Shown here: positions 36,715 to 48,238 of the stretch, one piece after another
Layout: every line of letters begins with the position of its first letter
Position numbering within the stretch: position 1 is the first letter of the stretch
Assembly: GCA_963695995.1 (NCBI GenBank)
Contig: CAVOIV010000006.1
Span: forward strand, 23,718 to 87,717
DNA from: an uncultured Methylomirabilota bacterium
GTDB lineage: Bacteria; Methylomirabilota; Methylomirabilia; Methylomirabilales; 2-02-FULL-66-22
Reading direction: 5' to 3'
Length of the DNA: 64,000 nt
Program-made: the position numbers and the translations under genes
The notes under the pieces: model-generated
The model's database searches: none
The model's input: the letters and a program-made list of their open reading frames with translations, nothing else
What the model was told of the DNA's origin: nothing

Positions 36715-37837
36715 ATGGACGCCACCGCCCTCGTCCGCCTCTCGCAGGGCATCCTCCACGTAACTCCCGGGCGCCCTCCTCATGATCGCCGTCGGTGGGG
36801 TGTTGCTTTACCTTGCCATCGAGAAGGACTACGAGCCGATGTTGCTCCTGCCCATCGGGGCGGGCTGCATCCTGGCCAATCTTCCCCTCTCGCCTCTCGT
36901 CGCCGAAGGCGGCCTGCTCACCCTCCTCGGGAAGTTTGGCGTGGACAACGAGCTGTATCCGCTCCTCATCTTCATCGGTATCGGCGCACTCACCGATTTC
37001 GGGCCGCTGCTGGAGAACCCACGGATGGTGCTCATCGGGGCGGCCGGTCAGTTCGGGATCTTCGGGACGCTGATGCTGGCCCTGTTCCTCGGATTCAACC
37101 TCAAAGAGGCGGCGTCCATCGGCATCATCGGGGCCATCGACGGGCCGACGTCCATCTACGTGAGTAACATCCTGGCCCCGCACCTGCTCGGCCCCATCAC
37201 TGTCTGCGCGTACAGCTACATGTCCCTGGTACCCATCATCCAGCCGCCCATCATGCGCTTGCTGACCTCCAAGAACGAGCGGCGGATCCGCATGCCCTAC
37301 AGCCAGCGGGCCATCAGTCGCCGGACCCGTATCTTGTTCCCTCTCGTCGTGACCCTGGTCGTCGGAATCCTGGTGCCCTTCGCGACGCCCCTCATCGGGA
37401 TGCTGATGCTGGGCAATCTGATGCGGGAGTCCGGCGCGGTTGAGCGGCTCACCAAGGCCTCCGCCCAGGAGATCGCCAACATCGTGACGCTGTTTCTGGG
37501 GTTGGCCATTGGCTCCACCATGCAAGCGCAGTTCTTTCTCAAGGTGGAGACCCTGAAGATCCTCGTCCTGGGAATCCTGGCGTTCGGGCTGGATACGGCG
37601 GCGGGATTGCTGTTCGCAAAGGGGTTGAATTGGGTCAGTCGCGGGGGACTCAATCCACTGATCGGCGCGGCGGGGATCAGCGCGTTCCCGATGGCAGCGC
37701 GGGTGGTGCAGCGGGTCGGACAGGAGGAGGACTTCGAGAACTTCCTCCTCATGCACGCCATGGGCGCCAACGCCGCCGGCCAGGTCGCCAGCGTGGTGGC
37801 GGGCGGCGTGATCCTGGCCCTCATGGGCGCGGGCTAG
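36715..37837 (+). CDS. Na+-translocating decarboxylase beta subunit (OadB/MmdB)
   Basis: EPMLLLPIG, GALTDFGPL, AAGQFGIF, GAIDGPT, YSYMSLVPIIQPP and LMHAMGAN. Confidence 0.95.
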
Positions 37838-37929
37838 GTCGGCTGCGTCCGCGTCACTCCGAAAAGGATCGAGCCCGGAGGTCGTGTCATCGTCCCCTCG
37901 GGGCTCTACGGTTTCCGCCGCGAACCGGG

Positions 37930-38991
37930 TCACGTGTCGGGCCGCCCGTACTCGCGGTCTACGGTCTCACGCGCTTCCGCACGGATCGAAAGCTCACCAG
38001 TTTCTGTCGCGTCCTCGTCCCAAAGGTTCATCCGCAGCGATTTGAGACTCCCGCGGATCGTCAGCGGCGTCACCGCCCGCATGGCCGGCAGATCGTCGTA
38101 GCATTGCTGCAGGTTGTAATTCGGAATGCGCGGGCGGATATGGTGGATGTGGTGCAGGCCGATGTTGCCCGTAGCCCACTGCAGAACCCTCGGCAGCTTG
38201 TAGTACGAGCTCCCCTCCAGCGCCGCCCGCATCGGGTCCCAGTCGGCATGGCGGGCCCAATACACCCCCTCGTACTGGTGCTGGACATAGAATAACCACA
38301 CCCCCATCGTCCCCGCGATCAGCGTGATGGGCAGCTGAACCAAGACAAACGTGCCAAGACCGATCGTCAGCGTGGCCAGTGCCAAGATCGCCAGGACCGC
38401 CACGTTCGTGAAGGTCACACTGTTGCGCTCACGCCTCCCGGCGCCGGGGTGAGGAAACCGCTGCTTGAGCAAGGACAGGCACGCCGGAACCAACCCCAAT
38501 AGGACGAAGCGATTCCGAATGAACCGGTAGGCCAACCGCGTGAGCTTCGGTGCCGCCAGATACTCCGTGACCGTCAGGGTCCATACGTCGCCCCTGCCCC
38601 GGCGGTCCAGGTCCCCCGCCGTGGCGTGATGCGCAGCGTGGACGTGACGCCAGTCCTCGTAGGGCGTGCAGGTCAGGATGCCCGTGATGTAGCCCACAAT
38701 CCGGTTCGCCCGACGGGACACAAAGAAGGAGCCGTGCCCACAATCGTGAAAGACGATGAAGATGCGGATCAGCAGCCCAGCCGCCACCACGGCCAGCGCC
38801 AGAGTAAGCCAATAGGAATGGCCGTTCCGGACGAGATGGGCCATCAGCGCCCAGAGCACGACGTACGGCACCAACGTATTGACGAGCTGCCAGGTTGCTT
38901 TCCGGAGATTCGGTCGCTCGTACTGCGAGAGCGCGCGAAGCAAGTTCGGGTCGGACGCCTGGGGCGTGACAGTAGCGGTATCGGCGGACAT
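37930..38991 (-). CDS. Membrane fatty acid desaturase (Bacillus Des-like)
   Basis: His boxes HDCGH, HAAHH and HHIHH; WLFYVQH; RIPNYNL. Confidence 0.92.
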   Translation of the reverse strand: MSADTATVTPQASDPNLLRALSQYERPNLRKATWQLVNTLVPYVVLWALMAHLVRNGHSYWLTLALAVVAAGLLIRIFIVFHDCGHGSFFVSRRANRIVGYITGILTCTPYEDWRHVHAAHHATAGDLDRRGRGDVWTLTVTEYLAAPKLTRLAYRFIRNRFVLLGLVPACLSLLKQRFPHPGAGRRERNSVTFTNVAVLAILALATLTIGLGTFVLVQLPITLIAGTMGVWLFYVQHQYEGVYWARHADWDPMRAALEGSSYYKLPRVLQWATGNIGLHHIHHIRPRIPNYNLQQCYDDLPAMRAVTPLTIRGSLKSLRMNLWDEDATETGELSIRAEARETVDREYGRPDT

Positions 38992-39219
38992 TCTCTTCCC
39001 CCTCAAACTTTAGTATAACCCATCAGTGCCTCTACGCAACCGCGTATGCGGCCTGCGCGGAGGCAGGCTTCGAGCTACCCGAGAACGCATGGTACAATGA
39101 TTCACCCGGGTCAGGGGACCGCGGCCTCCATGCGGCGCTGGATGGTCGCGGAACGACCCACCTGGGCGTGGAGTCGACCATTGACGGAGAGTCTGCGGAC
39201 AACCCAGGACCGTCCCCGG

Positions 39220-40629
39220 ATGGCCGAGGGTGGCTACCGGCAGATCCTGCTCATCGCGTTCCCGCTGATCCTGAGTACCGGCTCGTGGTCGCTCCAGCAT
39301 TTCGTGGATCGCATGTTTCTCGCCTGGTACTCCCCCGCGGCCCTTGCCGCCTCGACGCCGGCCGGCATCCTGAACTACACCCTGATGAGCCTGTTCATCG
39401 GGACCGCGGGCTACGTGAGCACCTTCGTCGCGCAGTACGTCGGGGCGGGGCGAGACGAGCGGATCGGTCCGACCGTCTGGCAAGGTCTCTACGTGTCGCT
39501 GGTCGGGGCCATCGTCATGGCATGCCTCATCCCGCTCGCCGACCCGGCCTTCCGCCTCATCGGACACGATCCCGCGATCCAGCGTGGGGAAGTCATCTAC
39601 TTCCGCGTCCTCTGCCTGGGAGCGTTTCCGGCCATCGCCGCCTCCGCGCTGAGCGGCTTCTTCTCCGGCCGCGGCGAGACGTGGCCGGTCATGTGGGCCA
39701 ACCTGATCGCCACCGCCGTCAACATCGTCCTCGATTATCTGCTGATCTTCGGCGTCGGCGGCTTTCCGGAGATGGGGATCGCCGGCGCCGCCATCGCCAC
39801 CAACGTCTCAATGGTCGCCGCCCTCCTGGTGTATGGCGGGCTCATGTTCCGCCAGAACCAGGATCGCCGTTTCCATGTCATTCGGGGCTGGCGATTCGAT
39901 CCGGCCCTGTTTTCCAGGATCATCCGCTTCGGCCTGCCCAGCGGCGTCCAATTCTTCGTAGATCTCGCTGGTTTCACCATCTTCCTCTTGATCGTCGGGC
40001 GTCTGGGCACGTCCGCCCTCGCCGCCACCAACATTGCGTTCAACATCAACACTCTGGCGTTCATGCCCATGATGGGCCTGGGTATGGCCATCACGATTCT
40101 CGTCGGACAGCACCTGGGTCGAGAAAACCCGCGCCTCGCAGAGCGATGCGTGACCTCCGGCCTGCGCATCACGGTGTTGTACATGGGGGTCGTCGCCCTC
40201 CTGTACGTGCTGGCGCCTGGCGTCTTCCTGGCGCCGTACGCCCTGTGGGCCGATCCCGGAAGCTTCGACGAGATCCGCAGCCTGGCGACGGTGCTCCTCC
40301 GGTTCGTCGCGCTATATTCGCTGTTCGACGTCCTGTCGATCGTCTACGCCGCCGCCCTCAAAGGCGCCGGTGATACCCGGTTTGTCATGTTGATGATGGC
40401 TGGACTCTCCGGCGGCGTGCTGATTCTGCCGACGTATCTCGCCATCGAGCGATTCGGCGGAGGCATCTTGACCGGCTGGACGATCGCTACGGCGTATGTC
40501 TCGCTCCTCGGCGTGGCGTTCTATCTCCGGTTCCGGGCGGGACAATGGAAGGAAATGCGGGTCATCGAACGCCATGAAGGACCGGCCTCGCCGCCCATGG
40601 CAGGAACTCCAGACTCAACCGGGGAGTAA
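39220..40629 (+). CDS. MATE-family efflux transporter
   Basis: Polytopic membrane protein with AQYVGA, FGVGGFPEMGIAGAAIAT and LKGAGDTR. Confidence 0.92.
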   Translation: MAEGGYRQILLIAFPLILSTGSWSLQHFVDRMFLAWYSPAALAASTPAGILNYTLMSLFIGTAGYVSTFVAQYVGAGRDERIGPTVWQGLYVSLVGAIVMACLIPLADPAFRLIGHDPAIQRGEVIYFRVLCLGAFPAIAASALSGFFSGRGETWPVMWANLIATAVNIVLDYLLIFGVGGFPEMGIAGAAIATNVSMVAALLVYGGLMFRQNQDRRFHVIRGWRFDPALFSRIIRFGLPSGVQFFVDLAGFTIFLLIVGRLGTSALAATNIAFNINTLAFMPMMGLGMAITILVGQHLGRENPRLAERCVTSGLRITVLYMGVVALLYVLAPGVFLAPYALWADPGSFDEIRSLATVLLRFVALYSLFDVLSIVYAAALKGAGDTRFVMLMMAGLSGGVLILPTYLAIERFGGGILTGWTIATAYVSLLGVAFYLRFRAGQWKEMRVIERHEGPASPPMAGTPDSTGE

Positions 40630-40789
40630 CCCTTGCGCCGTGCGCAGGGTCGGGGGCACGGATGCCTTCAGGCTGCCATGCTCATCGTCGGATGAGATCG
40701 CCTGAGCACTTCGCCGGGAAACGGATGCGCCGTCCGAGCGCACTCGAACGGGATAGCGGTCGCGCCCCGGCTCCACGCGGGTACGAGGC

Positions 40790-41221
40790 CTACAGCGCGT
40801 ACACCTCTTGCCCCTTCAGGACGCGAATTCCACCCTGCGTCAGCACCTGGATGGCTTTGTCCAATTCGTCAAAGCGAAAGATCAGGATAGCGTTGTCCCC
40901 CGAGCGCTGGACGAAGGCGTACATGTATTCCACGTTGATGGCGGCGGCGTCCAGCGTCCGCAGGATCTGCGCCAGGCCACCCGGCCGGTCGGGGACCTCC
41001 ACGGCGATGACCTCGGTCTTGCCGACCGTGAAGCCGCTCTCCTTCAGCGCCTGCTTGGCCCGGTCGTTCTGATCCACGATCAGACGCAGGATGCCGAAGT
41101 CGGTCGTGTCGGCCAGCGAGAGCGCGCGGATGTTGACTCCCGCGGCGGCCAGGACCCCCGCCACCTCGGCCAGGCGACCCGACTTGTTCTCCAGAAAGAT
41201 CGAGATCTGCTCCACTTTCAT
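40790..41221 (-). CDS. Tandem ACT-domain protein
   Basis: [13 protein letters not shown]...[16 protein letters not shown]...PDRPGGL...NVEYMYAF. Confidence 0.92.
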   Translation of the reverse strand: MKVEQISIFLENKSGRLAEVAGVLAAAGVNIRALSLADTTDFGILRLIVDQNDRAKQALKESGFTVGKTEVIAVEVPDRPGGLAQILRTLDAAAINVEYMYAFVQRSGDNAILIFRFDELDKAIQVLTQGGIRVLKGQEVYAL

Positions 41222-41330
41222 GGCGTCCCCTCCTTCCGGTCCACGACGCATGCCCCACCCTCGCCGGGGCCACACCCCGCGCGCCACGGCACCCGGAATG
41301 AGCCGCCGACGGTCGGCCAGCCGACATCGG

Positions 41331-42590
41331 TCAACGGTTGGGCCCCCGTCGTGACCGGTTGTCGGTTGTCCGTATCCGGGGGCGCAACAGGAACGATCCT
41401 CCGCCGCCCAGCACCAGCGCCACGCACCCGGCGGTCAGAAAGGCCGGCGCGAAAGAGCGCGCGGCGTCCGCGATGCGCCCCGCGAGATACGGGCCGCACA
41501 CTTGCCCCAGGCTCATGACGACCGTCATCAACCCGATGGCCGCCGGCGCCAGCCGTGCGCCGAACAGGTCGCCGGCCGATGCGGCCATCAGGGCGGGGAC
41601 ACTCCAGGCGGTGACGGCAAACAGGCCTGCCGACAGATAGACCGCTGCCACGGCGTGGGTTGCCCCAAACACTAGAAATGCGGCACCCTGCAGCGCGAAC
41701 ACGCCCATCAGGGCGACTCGCCGCCCCCAACGATCCGAGATGGCGCCCCAGATGAAGCCGCTGACGACCGACACCAAGCCGATCTCCAGCCAGAGCAGGC
41801 CGGCCTCCTGCGCCGAGAAACCCCCCTCGCCGACCAGGAATCGGATGAAGAACGTGGCGTAGATGACGTAGGAGAACCCGAATGCGAAGTAGATGGCCGC
41901 CAGATGCCACACCACACGGGACCGCCACACCGCCCCCCAGGCGAACGACGGCGTCCCGGTCCCCGCGCCGTCCTGAAGGCGATCCGATTCCGCCTCACCG
42001 ACCGCCGTCAGCCCTTGCTCTTCCGGACGATCGCGGAGCAGCCAGGCGCACAGCACGAACACGCCCAGCGCCATGGCCCCCAGGATGTGCCAGCACACGC
42101 GCCACCCGTCGGCACCGTACCGGGCCAGGATGAGCGGGACCAGCGGGCCGGTCACGATCAGCCCCAGGCTCGATCCGCTCACGGCGGCGCCCGCGGCGAT
42201 GCCCCGCCGCCTCGCGCCGAACCACGCCGAGACCAGCCCCATCCCGGGCACGTTTCCCCCGGCGCCGCCCACACCCGCCAGGAAACGTCCCACTCGTGCG
42301 CCCTCGAAGCTGGGCAGGAGCCCCGTCAGCATCATCCCCAACGCCGTCACGAACAGCGCCGTAGAGATCACCACGCGCGGGCCGTACCGCGCGGCGAGGA
42401 GGCCGGCGAACACCGCCGCGAGCATGTAGCCGGCCAGATTCCAGGATTGCAGCGCGCCCGTCTGGGTGTTGGTGAGCGCGAGGCTCGCCTGCATCGCCGG
42501 AAGGATGCTGGTGTAGCCGAACCGCCCCAGGCCGAGCGAACCGAAAACGGCCAGGATGATCAGCGCCAGCACGACGAATCCGTAGTGCAT
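41331..42590 (-). CDS. MFS transporter (YbfB/YjiJ-like)
   Basis: [19 protein letters not shown] and SDRWGRR. Confidence 0.88.
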   Translation of the reverse strand: MHYGFVVLALIILAVFGSLGLGRFGYTSILPAMQASLALTNTQTGALQSWNLAGYMLAAVFAGLLAARYGPRVVISTALFVTALGMMLTGLLPSFEGARVGRFLAGVGGAGGNVPGMGLVSAWFGARRRGIAAGAAVSGSSLGLIVTGPLVPLILARYGADGWRVCWHILGAMALGVFVLCAWLLRDRPEEQGLTAVGEAESDRLQDGAGTGTPSFAWGAVWRSRVVWHLAAIYFAFGFSYVIYATFFIRFLVGEGGFSAQEAGLLWLEIGLVSVVSGFIWGAISDRWGRRVALMGVFALQGAAFLVFGATHAVAAVYLSAGLFAVTAWSVPALMAASAGDLFGARLAPAAIGLMTVVMSLGQVCGPYLAGRIADAARSFAPAFLTAGCVALVLGGGGSFLLRPRIRTTDNRSRRGPNR

Positions 42591-42690
42591 GCGGGCGCCG
42601 GCTCATGCCACCCGCAAAGGAAAGCCGGTCCGGCGACGGGAGCAGGGAGTCCGGGGAAACCGCATCGTCATTCGTCCGCCAGCCGCGGGC

Positions 42691-43999
42691 TCAGGCTTTT
42701 CGATGATCGATCACCCGCTTCGCCTTGCCCTCGCTCCGCTGGATCGTCTTTGGCTCCACCAGCCGCACCTTGCAGGAGACGCCCAGCAGGTCCTTGATGT
42801 CCGTCCTCCACCCGCCGCGCCAGCCGCTCCAGGCCTTTGATCTCGTCGGTGAAGATCGACTCGTTGATCTCGACCTGCACCTCCAGGACGTCCAGGGTCC
42901 CCTCGCGCGTGACGATGAGCTGGTAGTGGGGCTCGACCCCCTCCACCTCCATCAGCACCGCCTCGATCTGGGAGGGGAAGACGTTGACGCCCCGGATGAT
43001 CAGCATGTCGTCGGTCCGGCCGGAGATGCGCTCCATCCGGAGCGAGCGTCCGCCCGCAGGCGCAGGGCGTCGGGATGAGCCGCGAGATGTCCCGCGTCCG
43101 GTAGCGCAGAACGGGAAAGGCCTCCTTGGTGAGGGTGGTGAACACCAGCTCGCCCGTCCTCGCCGTGCGGCAGCACCGTCCCGCGTCTCGGGATCGATGA
43201 TCTCGGGGATGAAGTGGTCCTCGAAGACGTGCAGCCCGTGCTTTTCCTCGATACACTCCGAGGCCACGCCCGGGCCCGATGACCTCGGACAGGCCGTAGA
43301 TGTCCAGGGCGCTGATCCTGAGCTTCCGCTCGATCTCCCGCGCGCATGCCCTCGGTCCAGGGCTCGGCCCCGAAGAGGCCGCACTTCAGCGCAGCGTGGC
43401 CGGGCTCACGCCCTCCTCGGCCATCACCTCGGCGATGTTCAGGGCGTAGGAGGGCGTGCAGAGGAGGATGGTGGAGCCGAAGTCCTTCATGATCAGGATC
43501 TGCCGCTTGGTGTTGCCGCCGGACATGGGGATGACGGCGGCCCCGATCTTCTCGGCGCCGTAGTGCGCCCCCAGCCCCCCGGTGAAGAGGCCGTACCCGT
43601 AGGCGTTGTGGACGATGTCGCCGGCTGGTGGTGCCGCCGCAGGAGAGCGTCCGGGCCATCAGCTCCGACCAGGTGTCGATGTCTCGCCGGGTGTAGCCCA
43701 CCACGGTGGGCTTGCCCGTCGTCCCGGAGGAGGCGTGGATCCGGACGACCCGCTCCATGGGCACGGCGAACAGGCCGAAGGGGTAGTTGTCTCGGAGGTC
43801 GTCCTTGGTGGTGAAGGGCAGGCGGGCAAGATCGTCCAGCTTCCGAATGTCCCCCGGCTTGTACCCGGCCTCCGTCAGCTTCTGCCGGTAGAACGGCACC
43901 CGTGGAATAGATCCGATCCACCAGGTCCCGCAGCCGCTTGAGCTGGAGCGCCTCCATCGCCTCGCGCGGCAGCGTCTCGAATTCGTCGTTCCAGATCAT
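42691..43999 (-). CDS. paaK: Phenylacetate--CoA ligase family (frameshifted)
   Basis: [31 protein letters not shown] and [20 protein letters not shown]. Confidence 0.93.
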
Positions 44000-44051
44000 C
44001 GGTTCCCCTCCCTGCGCAGGATACCCCATCCTCGACCTCGCCGGCTCGGCC

Positions 44052-44655
44052 TCACCCGCGCTCGTCGGGCGGACGCACCAGGGCGCGGCCGGCGCGGAAC
44101 GCCTGGGCGTTCACCTCCACCACTCGCGCCGGCAGGCGGCTCTTCAGCGCCTCCAGGTACGCCTCCTCCGGCAGCGGCAGGAAGTGCGAGGCGGCCCCGG
44201 TCATCACCATGTTCACCGCCCGGACCTCGTGGAGCGCCAGCGCCGCCGCCAAGTGCGTCCACCAGGTGGACGCGCGGCGTGACCTCGCGCAGGCGCTCCT
44301 CGATCCGCTCCGGGTACCGCTCCTGGCCGGAGCTCACCGGCGCCGGGGGAATCTCCTGCACGTTCACCACGGCGACGCCGTCCGGCGCGAGATAATGGAT
44401 GAACCGCAGCGCCTCCATCTTCTCGAAGGCGATGAGCAGATCGGCCGTGCCCGGCTCGATCAGCGGCGAAAAGACCTTGGGCCCGAAGCGCAGGTGCGTC
44501 GTCACGGCGCCGCCCCGCTGGGCCATCCCGTGCACCTCGCTCTTCTTCACGTCGTAACCGCCGCGCAGGAAGGCCTCGCCGAGGATCTCCGAGGCCAGCA
44601 GGATCCCCTGCCCGCCCACACCGGCCAAGAAGATGTTGCCGCGGGCAGCGCTCAT
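44052..44655 (-). CDS. iorB: Indolepyruvate:ferredoxin oxidoreductase beta subunit
   Basis: [11 protein letters not shown]...[11 protein letters not shown] and NAQAF..G. Confidence 0.92.
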
Positions 44656-46467
44656 GACGCCGCCTCCACCATCGCGCGCATCTTGCAGACCGACGGGCAG
44701 AGATTGCACCCGTCGCACATGAGCCGGTTGATCCGGACGATCCCCTTCTGCGTCGGCTTCTTGCCCGCGGCGACCGCTTCCTCCGGCGTCAGCGGCAGCC
44801 ACTCGATGGCGGGGCACCCCAGCTTGCCGCAGGCCTTGCAGCCGTTGCAGAGCTCCGGCGATGACCTCGTAACTGGGCCGCTTCTCGGCGCGGTGCTCGG
44901 GGAGCAGGACGCAGGCGGCCCGGGCGATGATCACCGGAGGGCGCGTCGCGGTCCAGTTCCCGCCGGAGGACCGCCTCGGTCTCGGCCTGATCGTGCGGAT
45001 TCACCGTGTACACGTGCTCCACGCCGATGGCCCGGCAGAGCGCCGCCAGGTCCAGCCGGTGCGTCGGCTCGCCCTGCAGCGTCTTCCCCGTCCCGGGGTG
45101 ATCCTGGGCGCCGGTCATCGCCGTCGTCCCGTTGTCCAGGATGATCACCGTGGAGCAGCCCCGGTTGTACACGACGTTGATGAGCCCGGTGATCCCCGAG
45201 TGGACGAACGTGGAGTCGCCGATGACCGCCACCACCTTGCCGCGGGCGGCCGGGCCCAGCGCCTTCTCGATGCCCAGGGCGTTGCCGATGGAGGCGCCCA
45301 TGCACACGCAGGTGTCCATGCTCTTGAGCGGCGGCAGCGCGGACAGGGTGTAGCATCCGATGTCGCCCGTCACCGTCACCTGGCACTTGTTGAGCGCGAA
45401 GAAGAGGCTCCGGTGCGGGCAGCCCGCGCAGAGATTCGGCGGGCGGCTGGGCACCGCCGCGGGTTCCCGCAGCGGCGCCGCCTCGCCGCTGATCGCCTGC
45501 CGCACGATCCGCGGGTTGAGCTCCCCCAGGGTCGGCACCCGGTCCTTCCCTTCGACCCGGATCCCCATCGCCTTCACGTGGGTCTCGATGATCGGGTCCA
45601 GCTCTTCCACCACGACCAGCCGCGTCACCCCGCGGCGAACTCGCGGATGAGTCGTTCCGGCAGGGGGTGAGCCATCCCGAGCTTCAGGACCGAGGCGTGC
45701 GGGAACGCCTCCCGCACGTACTGGTACGCCACCCCGGCGGTGATGATGCCCAGGGACCGGTCGCCCCACTCGATCCGGTTGCCGTCGAAGCTCTCGGCGA
45801 ACTCGCGGAGCGCCCGCATGCGTTCCTCCACCACCGCGTGCCGCTTCCGGGCGTTGGCGGGAAGCATCACCCACTTCGCCGGCTCCTCCACGAACCCGAG
45901 GGGCACGGCGGACGGCTCCACCTCGCCCAGCGGCACGGGCCCCGTGGCGTGGGAGATCCGCGTGGTCGTCCGCAGGAACACCGGCGTGTCGAACCGCTCC
46001 GACAGCGCGAAGGCGAGCTTCGTGTAAGCCTTGGTCTCGGCCGAGTCCGCCGGCTCCAGCATCGGGATCTTGGCCGCGATGGCGTAGTGGCGATTGTCCT
46101 GCTCGTTCTGGGAGGAGTGCATCTCCGGATCGTCGGCGGTGACGATGACCAGACCGCCGCGCACTCCCGTGTAGGCAGCCGTGAAGATCGGGTCCGCCGC
46201 GACGTTGACCCCGACGTGCTTCATGGCCGCCAGGGCGCGCGCGCCGGCCATCGACGCCCCCAGCGCGACCTCGACCGCCACCTTCTCGTTGGGCGCCCAC
46301 TGGGCGTGGATGCCCTCGTATTCCGCCAGGTACTCCAGGATCTCGGTGCTGGGTGTCCCTGGATAGGCTGCGGCGACCTTCACCCCCGCCTCGAAGGCGC
46401 CCCGGGCGATGGCTTCGTTTCCGGAGAGCAAGCGAACGGTTTCGTGAACATGGACGGACACCGGCAT
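44652..46467 (-). CDS. iorA: Indolepyruvate:ferredoxin oxidoreductase alpha subunit (frameshifted)
   Basis: SGNEAIARG, YPGTPSTE, NEKVA, HSSQNEQD, CAGCPHR, GDIGCY, GDSTF.HSG and C-terminal ferredoxin cysteines. Confidence 0.94.
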
Positions 46468-46633
46468 CTCCCTCCTGTGCTGAAACGACGTGCGGGCCAG
46501 CACCCTAACACATCCGTCCGGGCCTTTCAAACCTCTCCCTGGGAAGGGTCGGTGATCGCGGGCACGGTCGGCAGGCTCGGCATCGTTGAGACCTGGCGGA
46601 CCGGTCCCGTGCCGCCGCCGCGCGCGTCTCAGG

Positions 46634-48008
46634 TCACGCGGCGGACATCCGAACGGTCTCGAGCGCCTGGCGTATATCGTCGCGGGTCGCGAGCACCCGC
46701 ACCTCGCCATCCTGGTGCAGCGCAGCGCCCAGGCATACGCGTAACACCGGCTTGCGGAGTGATGCGGCTCTCGCCGCGAAAAAGGCCGCGTGCTCCGCAT
46801 CGTCGTTGGTGGTGAGCAGAAAGAGCGCCCCCGTCGACGTCCGCAGAACCAGCTCCCACATGAAGGCGAAGCGTTTCTCTCCTCTCAGGCAGACGACATC
46901 GTAGACCCGTTCGACCGATCGTCACCCGCGAGGACTCCGATAGGCCGCTCCGCTTTGTCGGATGGTCCTCGGGATCGCCCATCAGCGATAGACATTTGGA
47001 CAGCATCCGGTCATCCGTAAAGGCAATCAGGATCTTGACCGGCTTCGCCGCCCGCGCGGCCTCCCGGTCGGTTTCCGCTGCCGGGATGACACCTCCCGTG
47101 GCGACGAATCCTCCCTCGACCAGCTTTCCTGACCGCGAGACCGAGCCTGACGGCGGACATCCGCAGCGCCCGCTGGACGGCGGCGAGATCGGTGCACCCC
47201 TCGGCGATCGCCTGGCTCACCCGGTGGGCGTCGGCGTCGTCCCCCTCGAACGGCTTCTTCGAGCGCAGGAGGGTCGTGGCGGAAGGGATGTGGTCCGCGA
47301 AGGCCGCCACCTCGTCCGTCAGCCGCGCCGTCTCCATGAGCATGAAGCTAATGGATTGGCCGATGTTGCTCGACGACACCTCTCCCGACTGAAAGCGGAA
47401 GTTGCCGTCCGTCAGCGCAAACATCTCGAGCACGGCATCCTCACCCTGAAGATCGTTCCAGGCGGCGTCCATCAGCGTGCCGTCGGCGAGCGCGATGGTT
47501 CCCTTTCCCCGTCGGCCGCGTCCACGTGGAGCACACCGCGTTTCCGCGTCAGCTCGAACAATTGCAGGATCTCGCACAGGCCGACCTCACGCAGGTTCCC
47601 TTCCAGGGTGCCCATCGAGCGTTTTCGCTGGATGCGGTCGTAGAGGATCTCCACTCGCGCGATGAGATCGCCCGTGTTGACGGGCTTGACCAGGTAATCG
47701 TCGGCCCCGGATCGCAGCCCTCGGATCTTCGCCTGCTCGCCGCCATGAACCGTCAGAAAGATGAAGGGAATGTCGGCGCAGTCGGGCCGCTGCCGCAGCT
47801 GCTCGCAGAACGCCAGGCCGTCCATCTCCGGCATGGAGATGTCGGAGACGATGATGTCCACGGCGTCCCGCGAGACGATCTCCAGCGCCTCCTTCCCGTT
47901 GCCGGCTTTCACGACGACGAAACCCGCCTGCCCCAGGTCGCGCTCGAGCAACTGCAGGACCATCTCGTCGTCATCGACGATAAGAATCGTCTTCCGATTG
48001 GCGGCCAT
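46634..48008 (-). CDS. Response regulator, REC-DUF4388, with extra C-terminal domain (frameshifted)
   Basis: ILIVDDD, SDISMPEMDG, GADDYLVKP, then LEGNLREVGLCEILQLFELTRKRGVL (DUF4388); fragments continue to 46634. Confidence 0.8.
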
Positions 48009-48238
48009 CTCGGATCCCCCGCGTGCTTCACGACGCCCTGACCGCCCGCGAGCATATGCTACTCCGGATCGACTCGGCAATTCCTTTGTGCGAACCGACC
48101 CAGGAGTGCGACTTTCCAGACCGCCGCGATCCCGGTCGGAGAGAATTTGCCCTCCCGGGTTCCCGATGGTATCGTGTCTTCTGCATCGTGGCCGCGATCT
48201 CCGCGGACGGCCCTCGAACCCGAACGTGCAGGGGCGTT

